A stretch of DNA of 45,908 nucleotides from Nemertoderma westbladi (GCA_032718475.1 JAUCBJ010006593.1:1-45908); one strand, 5' to 3'; numbered from the stretch's first letter, positions 22,023 through 35,791 are shown. The notes: generated by a model not told the origin, from the sequence alone. Numbers and translations: made by a program.

Positions 22023-25000
22023 GATGATAGAGGATGTTTTTTAATCGCCGCAAGGCGAAAAAGGGCTTTAGCCCTTACTAACCACTACCAATTCCTCACC
22101 CAATACTAAAATCCGGGAATGTGATAGAAAGGGGGTATACTTGGGCGAGTTAGGGTATAAGGGGGCGCTTAGGGGGGAAGCCGACCATCCCAGTAGGAGG
22201 ATAGACCCCCTATTAACTTTCTAAATTTTGATTTCGAGCGAATCCGACCGACGGTTTTCGAGTTGGGCCCAATGGAACGTTTTAGAAATTTGAATTTCCC
22301 GCCAAACGCTACAGCCAAACTGGCAATAGATGGAGACTAGCGGCCAACGGGATCGCGTAGAGGGTATAGATGTTAGTCCAGCTCATTCTTTTTTTGGAAC
22401 GACTCGACCTATAGGGGCCGATCGGTAGCTGATCGAACACGATCTTTACGATCTTTGGCGAAATACGACCGGAAGGAGTGGGAATTTGGGAAAAGTTTGA
22501 AAGTAGAAAATGTTCCTCACCCCCGAATTATGCTAGACGGACCCGATAAAAATTTGAAAAAAATTAATTCTAGGGGGTCTACGGGGCCAACGAAGCTTTC
22601 CGATTGGACGATATTATTTTCGCCTATTACTACGGGAAGGAACGGTTTTAAGTTAAAACATGTACAAGAGATATGGTCGGCAAGCTCGAGCTCTATCCAA
22701 CGGAAGCGGTCCCGGAATCGTAAATTAAGAAGTTCTCGAGATATAGAGGAAAATTAACGAGTCGTTAAAAAATGCAGTAATTAGCAATTAGCGCTAATTA
22801 AGAGCGAATTAATTAATCGAATCTCAAAATTAACGGTGCCAATCGATGGGAAACAACGAGAGGAGCTCGCCAATTTTTTAAATTTTCGAAAAGACCCAGC
22901 GGAAGCCGAGATAAATGGATTTCCGTAAAATTGGGGTCCCGACCACCTAGTCGAATATCGGAGGCGAATCACCACCTTTGGGAAGTAGGCGAAAATATAC
23001 CGAAAAAGCAAAATGAGCGATATTGATTTAAAATTCGAAACTTTTTGGTCGATACGGGTTCGCTAGTGGACGATAAACACAATTTTAGTCAATTTATCCA
23101 AAAGGGTCATTTTTATGATCTTTGATCATGATCTTTGTGATCTTTGGCCTAAAGCATGGAATAAGAGTATTTTTATATTAAATTGTAATTCGTACATTAT
23201 AAGCAAAGTCTATGGGGACATTTTCAGACATACTTTAAAGTTTATCTTTGAAATTTAAATCATTTGTTCACCCAGCCATGCAATGGCTGGGTGAACCACC
23301 AAAATATTAAGCGATGAAATCCGCAAAGCCTTTAAATACGTTATAGGGTGGTGGGTGGGGCTAGTGGTTAGTGTTTATACATAGTTAGGTAATGATTGTA
23401 TATATAGCGAGTTGTTAAAAAAGGGAATGGGATATAATTTTATGTTACAAAAGACTATGAATTTAGATCTATAGAGTTGTTAAAAAAGGGAATGGGATAT
23501 AATTTTATGTTACAAAAGACTATGAATTTAGATCTATAGAGTTACGAATATACACTAACGCCACCTTTTAGCGTAGCGTAGGGGAGGAATACAATTAGTT
23601 GGAATCTATGTATGGGGAATATAGCGGAACAACTATGTACGAGATACTTCTTCGACTAATAGAACAATAACAAACTATAGCTCTTTAAACTAATTCTAGA
23701 ACTGCATTTACCTACTAAAAAAAACAATTAAATACTAATTAATGAAAAATAAATGATAAAAAAACTATCATCACTGGATGATAGAGGTTGTTTTTTTACC
23801 GCCGAAAGGCGGAAAAGGGCTTTAGCCCTCACTAACTACTATATACACCTCACCCAATACTAAAAATCCGGGAATGTGGAAGAAAGGGGGGTATTTGGGC
23901 GAGTTAGGGTATAAGGGGGCGTTTAGGGGGCAAGCCGACCATCCCAGTAGGTGGATAGACCCCCTATTAACTTTCTAAATTTTGATTTCGAGCGAATCCG
24001 ACCGACGGTTTTCGAGTTGGGCCCAATGGAACGTTTTAGAAATTTGAATTTCCCGCCAAACGCTACAGCCAAACTGGCTATAGATGGAGACTAGCGGCCA
24101 ACGGGATCGCGTAGGGGGTATAGATGTTAGTCCAGCTCATTCTTTTTTTGGAACGACTCGACCTATAGGGGCCGATCGGTAGCTGATCGAACACGATCTT
24201 TACGATCTTTGGCGAAATACGTCCGGAAGGAGTGGGAATTTGGGAAAAGTTTGAAAGTAGAAAATGTTCCTCACCCCCGAATTATGCTAGACGGACCCGA
24301 TAAAAATTTGAAAAAAATTAATTCTAGGGGGTCTACGGGGCCAACGAAGCTTTCCGATTGGACGATATTATTTTCGCCTATTACTACGGGAAGGAACGGT
24401 TTTAAGTTAAAACATGTACAAGAGATATGGTCGGGAAGCGCGAGCTCTATCCAACGGATAGCGGTCCCGGGATCGTAAATTAAGAAGTTCTCGAGATATA
24501 GAGGAAAATTAACGAGTCGTTAAAAAATGCAGTAATTAGCAATTAGCGCTAATTAAGAGCGAATTAATTAATCGATTCTCGAAATTAACGGTGCCAATCG
24601 ATGGGAAACAACGAGAGGAGCTCGCCAATTTTTTAAATTTTCGAAAAGACCCAGCGGAAGCCGAGATAAATGGATTTTCGTAAAATCGGGGTCCCGACCA
24701 CCAAGTCGAATATCAGCGTCGAATCGCCACCTTTGGGAAGTAGGCGAAAATATACCGAAAAAGCAAAACGAGCGATATTGATTTAAAATTCGAAACTTTT
24801 TGGTCGATACGGGTTCGCTAGTGGACGATATACACTATTTTAGTCAATTTATCCAAAAGGGTCATTTTTATGATCTTTGATCATGATCTTTATGATCTTT
24901 GGCCTAAAGCATGGAATAAGAGTATTTTTATATTAAATTGTAATTCGTACATTATAAGCAAAGTCTATGGGGACATTTTCAGACATACTTTAAAGTTTAT

Positions 25001-28000
25001 CTTTGAAATTTAAATCATTTGTTCACCCAGCCATGCAATGGCTGGGTGAACCACCAAAATATTAAGCGATGAAATCCGCAAAGCCTTTAAATACGTTATA
25101 GGGTGGTGGGTGGGGCTAGTGGTTAGTGTTTATACATAGTTAGGTAATGATTGTATATATAGCGAGTTGTTAAAAAAGGGAATGGGATATAATTTTATGT
25201 TACAAAAGACTATGAATTTAGATCTATAGAGTTACGAATATACACTAACGCCACCTTTTAGCGTAGCGTAGGGGAGGAATACAATTAGTTGGAATCTATG
25301 TATGGGGAATATAGCGGAACAACTATGTACGAGATACTTCTTCGACTAATAGAACAATAACTATAGCTCTTTAAACTAATTCTAGAACTGCATTTACCTA
25401 CTAAAAAAAACAATTAAATACTAATTAATGAAAAATAAATGATAAAAAAACTATCATCACTGGATGATAGAGGATGTTTTTTAACCGCCGCAAGGCGGAA
25501 AAGGGCTTTAGCCCTCACTAACCACTACCACCTCCTCACCCCATACAACAATCCGGGAATTATATACAGAAAAGGGTATACTTGGGCGAGTTAGGGTATA
25601 AGGGGGCGCTTAGGGGGGAAGCCGACCATCCCAGTAGGTGGATAGACCCCCTATTAACTTTCTAAATTTTGATTTCGAGCGAATCCGACCGACGGTTTTC
25701 GAGTTGGGCCCAATGGAACGTTTTAGAAATTTGAATTTCCCGCCAAACGCTACAGCCAAACTGGCTATAGATGGAGACTAGCGGCCAACGGGATCGCGTA
25801 GGGGGTATAGATGTTAGTCCAGCTCATTCTTTTTTTGGAACGACTCGACCTATAGGGGCCGATCGGTAGCTGATCGAACACGATCTTTACGATCTTTGGC
25901 GAAATACGACCGGAAGGAGTGGGAATTTGAGAAAAGTTTGAAAGTAGAAAATGTTCCTCACCCCCGAATTATGCTAGACGGACCCGATAAAAATTTGAAA
26001 AAAATTAATTCTAGGGGGTCTACGGGGCCAACGAAGCTTTCCGATTGGACGATATTATTTTCGCCTATTACTACGGGAAGGAACGGTTTTAAGTTAAAAC
26101 ATGTACAAGAGATATGGTCGGGAGGCTCGAGCTCTATCCAACGGAAGCGGTCCCGGAATCGTAAATTAAGAAGTTCTCGAGATATAGAGGAAAATTAACG
26201 AGTCGTTAAAAAATGCAGTAATTAGCAATTAGCGCTAATTAAGAGCGAATTAATTAATCGAATCTCGAAATTAACGGTGCCAATCGATGGGAAACAACGA
26301 GAGGAGCTCGCCAATTTTTTAAATTTTCGAAAAGACCCAGCGGAAGCCGAGATAAATGGATTTTCGTAAAATCGGGGTCCCGACCACCAAGTCGAATATC
26401 GGCGTCGAATCGCCACCTTTGGGAAGTAGGCGAAAATATACCGAAAAAGCAAAACGAGCGATATTGATTTAAAATTCGAAACTTTTTGGTCGATACGGGT
26501 TCGCTAGTGGACGATATACACTATTTTAGTCAATTTATCCAAAAGGGTCATTTTTATGATCTTTGATCATGATCTTTATGATCTTTGGCCTAAAGCATGG
26601 AATAAGAGTATTTTTATATTAAATTGTAATTCGTACATTATAAGCAAAGTCTATGGGGACATTTTCAGACATACTTTAAAGTTTATCTTTGAAATTTAAA
26701 TCATTTGTTCACCCAGCCATGCAATGGCTGGGTGAACCACCAAAATATTAAGCGATGAAATCCGCAAAGCCTTTAAATACGTTATAGGGTGGTGGGTGGG
26801 GCTAGTGGTTAGTGTTTATACATAGTTAGGTAATGATTGTATATATAGCGAGTTGTTAAGAAAGGGAATGGGATATAATTTTATGTTACAAAAGACTATG
26901 AATTTAGATCTATAGAGTTGTTAAAAAAGGGAATGGGATATAATTTTATGTTACAAAAGACTATGAATTTAGATCTATAGAGTTACGAATATACACTAAC
27001 GCCACCTTTTAGCGTAGCGTAGGGGAGGAATACAATTAGTTGGAATCTATGTATGGGGAATATAGCGGAACAACTATGTACGAGATACTTCTTCGACTAA
27101 TAGAACAATAACTATAGCTCTTTAAACTAATTCTAGAACTGCATTTACCTACTAAAAAAAACAATTAAATACTAATTAATGAAAAATAAATGATAAAAAA
27201 ACTATCATCACTGGATGACAGAGGTTGTTTTTTAACCGCCGCAAGGCGGAAAAGGGCTTTAGCCCTCACTAACTACTATATACACCTCACCCAATACTAA
27301 AAATCCGGGAATGTGGAAGAAAGGGGGGTATTTGGGCGAGTTAGGGTATAAGGGGGCGCTTAGGGGGCAAGCCGACCATCCCAGTAGGTGGATAGACCCC
27401 CTATTAACTTTCTAAATTTTGATTTCGAGCGAATCCGACCGACGGTTTTCGAGTTGGGCCCAATGGAACGTTTTAGAAATTTGAATTTCCCGCCAAACGC
27501 TACAGCCAAACTGGCTATAGATGGAGACTAGCGGCCAACGGGATCGCGTAGGGGGTATAGATGTTAGTCCAGCTCATTCTTTTTTTGGAACGACTCGACC
27601 TATAGGGGCCGATCGGTAGCTGATCGAACACGATCTTTACGATCTTTGGCGAAATACGTCCGGAAGGAGTGGGAATTTGGGAAAAGTTTGAAAGTAGAAA
27701 ATGTTCCTCACCCCCGAATTATGCTAGACGGACCCGATAAAAATTTGAAAAAAATTAATTCTAGGGGGTCTACGGGGCCAACGAAGCTTTCCGATTGGAC
27801 GATATTATTTTCGCCTATTACTACGGGAAGGAACGGTTTTAAGTTAAAACATGTACAAGAGATATGGTCGGGAAGCTCGAGCTCTATCCAACGGAAGCGG
27901 TCCCGGGATCGTAAATTAAGAAGTTCTCGAGATATAGAGGAAAATTAACGAGTCGTTAAAAAATGCAGTAATTAGCAATTAGCGCTAATTAAGAGTGAAT

Positions 28001-31000
28001 TAATTAATCGAATCTCGAAATTAACGGTGCCAATCGATGGGAAATAACGAGAGGAGCTCGCCAATTTTTTAAATTTTCGAAAAGACCCAGCGGAAGCCGA
28101 GATAAATGGATTTTCGTAAAATTGGGGTTCCGACCACCTAGTCGAATATCGGAGGCGAATCACCACCTTTGGGAAATAGGCAAAAATATACCGAAAAAGC
28201 AAAACGAGCGATATTGATTTAAAATTCGAAACTTTTTGGTCGACACGGGCTCGCTAGTGGATGATATACACTATTTTAGTCAATTTATCCAAAAGGGTCA
28301 TTTTTATGATCTTTGATCATGATCTTTATGATCTTTGGCCTAAAGCATGGAATAATAGTATTTTTATATTAAATTGTAATTCGTACATTATAAGCAAAGT
28401 CTATGGGGCCATTTTCAGACATACTTTAAAATTTATCTTTGAAATTTAAATCATTTGTTCACCCAGCCATGCAATGGCTGGGTGAACCACCAAAATATTA
28501 AGCAATGATATCCGCAAAGCCTTTAAATATATTATTAGGGTGGTGGGTGGGGCTAGTGGTGCTAGTGTTTATACATAGTTAGGTAATGATTGTATATATA
28601 GCGAGTTCTTAAAACAGGGAATGAATATAACTTTATGTTACATAAGACAGTAAATTTCGATATTCCGATTTACAAATACACACTATCGCCACCTTTTAGG
28701 GTAGGGGAGAATACAACTGGTTATAGCGGAATAACTATGTACGAGATACTTCTTCGACTTCTACATTAGAACAATTACAGTACTATAGCTCTTTAAACTA
28801 ATTCTAGAACTCCGTTTACCTACTAAAAAACAAATAAATATAATTAAATTTATAATAATAATAATAATAATAATAACAAGGTCTACTAAAATATACACAA
28901 GCTATACTGATCAAGAATAAATGATAAAAAAACGATATCACTGGATGATAGAGGATGTTTTTTAACCGCCGTAAGGCGGAAAAGGGCTTTAGCCCTCACT
29001 AACCACTACCACCTCCTCACCCAATGCTAAAAATCGGGGAACTATGATACGAAAGGGGTATACTTGGGCGAGTTAGGGTATAAGGGGGCGCTTAGGGGGG
29101 AAGCCGACCATCCCAGTAGGTGGATAGACCCCCTATTAACTTTCTAAATTTTGATTTCGAGCGAATCCGACCGACGGTTTTCGAGTTGGGCCCAATGGAA
29201 CGTTTTAGAAATTTGAATTTCCCGCCAAAGCTACGGCCGAGCTACAGCCAAACTGGCTATAGATGGAGACTAGCGGCCAACGGGATCGCGTAGGGGGTAT
29301 AGATGTTAGTCCAGCTCATTCTTTTTTTGGAACGACTCGACCTATAGGGGCCGATCGGTAGCTGATCGAACACGATCTTTACGATCTTTGGCGAAATACG
29401 ACCGGAAGGAGTGGGAATTTGAGAAAAGTTTGAAAGTAGAAAATGTTCCTCACCCCCGAATTATGCTAGACGGACCCGATAAAAATTTGAAAAAAATTAA
29501 TTCTAGGGGGTCTACGGGGCCAACGAAGCTTTCCGATTGGACGATATTATTTTCGCCTATTACTACGGGAAGGAACGGTTTTAAGTTAAAACATGTACAA
29601 GAGATATGGTCGGGAAGCTCGAGCTCTATCCAACGGAAGCGGTCCCGGGATCGTAAATTAAGAAGTTCTCGAGATATAGAGGAAAATTAACGAGTCGTTA
29701 AAAAATGCAGTAATTAGCAATTAGCGCTAATTAAGAGCGAATTAATTAATCGAATCTCGAAATTAACGGTGCCAATCGATGGGAAACAACGAGAGGAGCT
29801 CGCCAATTTTTTAAATTTTCGAAAAGACCCAGCGGAAGCCGAGATAAATGGATTTTCGTAAAATCGGGGTCCCGACCACCTAGTCGAATATCGGAGGCGA
29901 ATCACCACCTTTGGGAAGTAGGCGAAAATATACCGAAAAAGCAAAACGAGCGATATTGATTTAAAATTCGAAACTTTTTGGTCGATACGGGTTCGCTAGT
30001 GGACGATATACACTATTTTAGTCAATTTATCCAAAAGGGTCATTTTTATGATCTTTGATCATGATCTTTATGATCTTTGGCCTAAAGCATGGAATAAGAG
30101 TATTTTTATATTAAATTGTAATTCGTACATTATAAGCAAAGTCTATGGGGACATTTTCAGACATACTTTAAAGTTTATCTTTGAAATTTAAATCATTTGT
30201 TCACCCAGCCATGCAATGGCTGGGTGAACCACCAAAATATTAAGCGATGAAATCCGCAAAGCCTTTAAATACGTTATAGGGTGGTGGGTGGGGCTAGTGG
30301 TTAGTGTTTATACATAGTTAGGTAATGATTGTATATATAGCGAGTTGTTAAAAAAGGGAATGGGATATAATTTTATGTTACAAAAGACTATGAATTTAGA
30401 TCTATAGAGTTGTTAAAAAAGGGAATGGGATATAATTTTATGTTACAAAAGACTATGAATTTAGATCTATAGAGTTACGAATATACACTAACGCCACCTT
30501 TTAGCGTAGCGTAGGGGAGGAATACAATTAGTTGGAATCTATGTATGGGGAATATAGCGGAACAACTATGTACGAGATACTTCTTCGACTAATAGAACAA
30601 TAACTATAGCTCTTTAAACTAATTCTAGAACTGCATTTACCTACTAAAAAAAACAATTAAATACTAATTAATGAAAAATAAATGATAAAAAAACTCACAT
30701 CACTGGATGACAGAGGTTGTTTTTTAACCGCCGCAAGGCGGAAAAGGGCTTTAGCCCTCACTAACTACTATATACACCTCACCCAATACTAAAAATCCGG
30801 GAATGTGGAAGAAAGGGGGGTATATGGGCGAGTTAGGGTATAAGGGGGCGCTTAGGGGGCAAGCCGACCATCCCAGTAGGTGGATAGACCCCCTATTAAC
30901 TTTCTAAATTTTGATTTCGAGCGAATCCGACCGACGGTTTTCGAGTTGGGCCCAATGGAACGTTTTAGAAATTTGAATTTCCCGCCAAACGCTACAGCCA

Positions 31001-32430
31001 AACTGGCTATAGATGGAGACTAGCGGCCAACGGGATCGCGTAGGGGGTATAGATGTTAGTCCAGCTCATTCTTTTTTTGGAACGACTCGACCTATAGGGG
31101 CCGATCGGTAGCTGATCGAACACGATCTTTACGATCTTTGGCGAAATACGACCGGAAGGAGTGGGAATTTGAGAAAAGTTTGAAAGTAGAAAATGTTCCT
31201 CACCCCCGAATTATGCTAGACGGACCCGATAAAAATTTGAAAAAAATTAATTCTAGGGGGTCTACGGGGCCAACGAAGCTTTCCGATTGGACGATATTAT
31301 TTTCGCCTATTACTACGGGAAGGAACGGTTTTAAGTTAAAACATGTACAAGAGATATGGTCGGGAAGCTCGAGCTCTATCCAACGGAAGCGGTCCCGGGA
31401 TCGTAAATTAAGAAGTTCTCGAGATATAGAGGAAAATTAACGAGTCGTTAAAAAATGCAGTAATTAGCAATTAGCGCTAATTAAGAGCGAATTAATTAAT
31501 CGAATCTCGAAATTAACGGTGCCAATCGATGGGAAACAACGAGAGGAGCTCGCCAATTTTTTAAATTTTCGAAAAGACCCAGCGGAAGCCGAGATAAATG
31601 GATTTTCGTAAAATTGGGGTCCCGACCACCTAGTCGAATATCGGAGGCGAATCGCCACCTTTGGGAAATAGGCGAAAATATACCGAAAAAGCAAAACGAG
31701 CGATATTGATTTAAAATTCGAAACTTTTTGGTCGACACGGGCTCGCTAGTGGATGATATACACTATTTTAGTCAATTTATCCAAAAGGGTCATTTTTATG
31801 ATCTTTGATCATGATCTTTATGATCTTTGGCCTAAAGCATGGAATAAGAGTATTTTTATATTAAATTGTAATTCGTACATTATAAGCAAAGTCTATGGGG
31901 CCATTTTCAGACATACTTTAAAATTTATCTTTGAAATTTAAATCATTTGTTCACCCAGCCATGCAATGGCTGGGTGAACCACCAAAATATTAAGCAATGA
32001 TATCCGCAAAGCCTTTAAATATATTATAGGGTGGTGGGTGGGGCTAGTGGTTAGTGTTTATACATAGTTAGGTAATGATTGTATATATAGCGAGTTGTTA
32101 AAACAGGGAATGAATATAACTTTATGTTACATAAGACAGTAAATTTCGATATTCCGATTTACAAATACACACTATCGCCACCTTTTAGGGTAGGGGAGAA
32201 TACAACTGGTTATAGCGGAATAACTATGTACGAGATACTTCTTCGACTTCTACATTAGAACAATTACAGTACTATAGCTCTTTAAACTAATTCTAGAACT
32301 CCGTTTACCTACTAAAAAACAAATAAATATAATTAAATTTATAATAATAATAATAATAATTAATCAAGGTCTACTAAAATATACAAGCTATACTGATCAA
32401 GAATAAATGATAAAAAAACTCACATCACTG
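22023..32430. mobile_element. Head-to-tail array of six ~1.7-kb non-autonomous DNA elements (units start at 22023, 23777, 25463, 27214, 28944, 30706)
   Basis: Each unit runs GATGA(T/C)AG...ATC-ACTG, with lengths 1754, 1686, 1751, 1730, 1762 and 1725 bp. The flanks ctgtacta| and |gttcggtattc are contiguous in paralogs at ~16448, 19332, 37334 and 42130. No credible coding capacity. Confidence 0.93.
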
Positions 32431-34089
32431 GTTCGGTATTCTAAAGATAATTTTGAGTTGTAAAAAATAGATTCTGAAGAAATAGTTACAGATAAATATG
32501 GAGTTAATCTTTCTGTGGTTATTTTTAATGTTAGTCGCGGTTTGGAGTATTCCAGGAATAATTATGTTGACGTTTTACGTGAAACATATTAGGGAGAGGA
32601 ACAAGAAGCAGAAAGGAAACAAAAAGGATACGTCGACACAAGAGCAATCGAAACAATCGAGGTAATCTGCAAAAAATTATAACTACAATACAAAGAAATT
32701 AAAGCTGTCAATTAAGTGAAAATAGCAATTGTTTGTTTACGTCTTAATTTACTAAGGTGAATTTAATTTAATTGATAAATAAATGAAAAATATTAAAATA
32801 TAAAAAAGAAATATCTACAGTGTTCACAGAATAGTCTTTAAATAGAACCGTCACCGAATATTCTAAAAACGCGAAAATCGGACTGGAGAGGAAGCGAGCA
32901 GAGTGGAGTAGGGGGGGCGGGCCGTACCTGAAATCGCGAAGGGCCTGAGCGCGTGGGCGCGAGGATTGATCCAAGGTAAGAACCCGGGCCTTAAATGTGC
33001 AGGAAATTACCACGGACAATACCTTGGGTACTAGTGAACGGAAAGTGAAGTACCGGCGCAGCGGTAAGTCTCGTTTGCCTGACGTGATATTCGGGCTCGG
33101 TTCAACCGTCTTCTTAAATCTTCAGCTCAGCAGCTCTCTTCATTTTTTTTTTTAATTGCTGACCACCTTACACGGAGCAACTTTTTTTGAAAAACTATGT
33201 ATTATTTCTTAACGAAAAAATCTCTAAAATTATTTTGAGTTACGTGTTAAGTTTCCCTAATGTCCAGTTTCCATTTGTCATACCAATACTCGTCATCATT
33301 CACTCATTATCATGTAATCAGTCCACAATATTTTACAGAACATAAATCAATAGTCAAAACAGCTATAAAACAGCTATAAAAATAGGCAGAATAATGATAT
33401 TATATCTCCCCATGTATATTATAATACATTTTCATTCAAGCAATCAGAGTAGCAATAATTATACTAATAAGTAATAATTATTAAATTCTCTACTCCCCCC
33501 CCCCCCCCCCCCCCCCCCTCAGCTTCCAACTTATTTATCCTATAAGATGCGAAATGATACAATGCTTCTATATATAGGGACATTTACATTGTTAACTTTA
33601 GCTGCTGTCATATATTAATGAGGCCTACGTGCGTTGGTTATTATTGGTTAATTTAACCTGCATTTCAGACATTTCTGGTGTTATAATCTGCAAAAAATTA
33701 TGAAATAGGTAGAACATAGGGTGCTAATTATGAACAACTAATGACTAAAATGACTAATGACTAAAAATAGTCTGAGAATAGGCGGAACGTATGAGGTAAT
33801 GCGATTAAAAATATTATAACCATCGCCTAAAATTGTGTTACAGTATTTAAATTAATTTCAGTTCAATACGTTTTATTCTAGTATCCCAAAACAGATTTTC
33901 TTTTTTCGAAAGCGTAATATATATACAATCCTAGTTTTATAAGGTCAGTATCGTATGTCACTCCTATTAGTTCTGCAAACTTCTGAAAATTTGTGTTGGT
34001 GCAGTAATAATTACCGACGTATTTTAGGCGGAGATTAGTATATCCACTACATTTCAAAAGAAAGTGTAGTTCATTTTCGTTGAAAGACT

Positions 34090-34544
34090 TCCACGAGATG
34101 AAAACTCTCTCATGCCTCCCACGAGATGTAAACTCTCTCAGGTCTCCCCGAGATGTACACTCTCTCAGGTCTCCCACGAGATGTACACTCTCTCAGGTCT
34201 CCCCGAAATGTACACTCTCTCAGGTCTCCCACGAGATGAACACTCTCTCAGGTCTCCCCGAGATGTACACTCTCTCAGGTCTCCCCGAAATGTACACTCT
34301 CTCAGGTCTCCCACGAGATGAACACTCTCTCAGGTCTCCCACGAGATGTACACTCTCTCAGGTCTCCCCGAAATGTACACTCTCTCAGGTCTCCCACGAG
34401 ATGAACACTCTCTTAGGTCTCCCCGAGATGTACACTCTCTCAGGTCTCCCCGAAATGTACACTCTCTCAGGTCTCCCACGAGATGAACACTCTCTCAGGT
34501 CTCCCACGAGATGTACACTCTCTCAGGTCTCCCCGAAATGTACT
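34090..34544. repeat. 27/28-bp minisatellite array M4
   Basis: Same unit; same variant order as M7. Confidence 0.97.
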
Positions 34545-35224
34545 CCCCATGTATATTATAATACATTTTCATTCAAGCAATCAGAGTAGCAATAATTATA
34601 CTAATAAGTAATAATTATTAAATTCTCTACTCCCCCCCCCCCCCCCCCCCCCCTCAGCTTCCAACTTATTTATCCTATAAGATGCGAAATGATACAATGC
34701 TTCTATATATAGGGACATTTACATTGTTAACTTTAGCTGCTGTCATATATTAATGAGGCCTACGTGCGTTGGTTATTATTGGTTAATTTAACCTGCATTT
34801 CAGACATTTCTGGTGTTATAATCTGCAAAAAATTATGAAATAGGTAGAACATAGGGTGCTAATTATGAACAACTAATGACTAAAATGACTAATGACTAAA
34901 AATAGTCTGAGAATAGGCGGAACGTATGAGGTAATGCGATTAAAAATATTATAACCATCGCCTAAAATTGTGTTACAGTATTTAAATTAATTTCAGTTCA
35001 ATACGTTTTATTCTAGTATCCCAAAACAGATTATCTTTTTTCGAAAGCGTAATATATATACAATCCTAGTTTTATAAGGTCAGTATCGTATGTCACTCCT
35101 ATTAGTTCTGCAAACTTCTGAAAATTTGTGTTGGTGCAGTAATAATTACCGACGTATTTTAGGCGGAGATTAGTATATCCACTACATTTCAAAAGAAAGT
35201 GTAGTTCATTTTCGTTGAAAGACT

Positions 35225-35791
35225 TCCACGAGATGAACACTCTCTCCTGCCTCCCACGAGATGTAAACTCTCTCAGGTCTCCCACGAGATGTACACTCTC
35301 TCAGGTCTCCCGAGATGTACACTCTCTCAGGTCTCCCACGAGATGTACACTCTCTCAGGTCTCCCCGAAATGTACACTCTCTCAGGTCTCCCACGAGATG
35401 TACACTCTCTCAGGTCTCCCCGAGATGTACACTCTCTCAGGTCTCCCCGAGATGTACACTCTCTCAGGTCTCCCCGAGATGTACACTCTCTCAGGTCTCC
35501 CACGAGATGTACACTCTCTCAGGTCTCCCCGAGATGTACACTCTCTCAGGTCTCCCCGAAATGTACACTCTCTCAGGTCTCCCCGAGATCGAGATGTACA
35601 CTCTCTCAGGTCTCCCACGAGATGTACACTCTCTCAGGTCTCCCCGAGATGTACACTCTCTCAGGTCTCCCCGAAATGTACACTCTCTCAGGTCTCCCCG
35701 AGATGTACACTCTCTCAGGTCTCCCCGAGATGTACACTCTCTCAGGTCTCCCCGAGATGTACACTCTCTCAGGTCTCCCCGAAATGTACAC
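35225..35791. repeat. 27/28-bp minisatellite array M5
   Basis: Same unit; about 4 units longer than its paralog M8. Confidence 0.97.

Noticed and set aside
22455-31941. Repeated 100-aa (MAKYDRKEW...), 76-aa and 62-aa ORFs in the 1.75-kb units as transposase or cargo genes
   Set aside because: They are short with mostly non-ATG starts and no recognisable motif. The 100-aa frame is truncated in unit 2, and recurrence merely reflects DNA duplication.
22023-32430. Array as rDNA, 5S, histone or snRNA gene cluster, or as a canonical Helitron or Tc1 element
   Set aside because: No recognisable RNA-gene or histone sequence. It lacks the 5' TC with A|T target of Helitrons and the TA duplication with symmetric CAGTG ends of Tc1.
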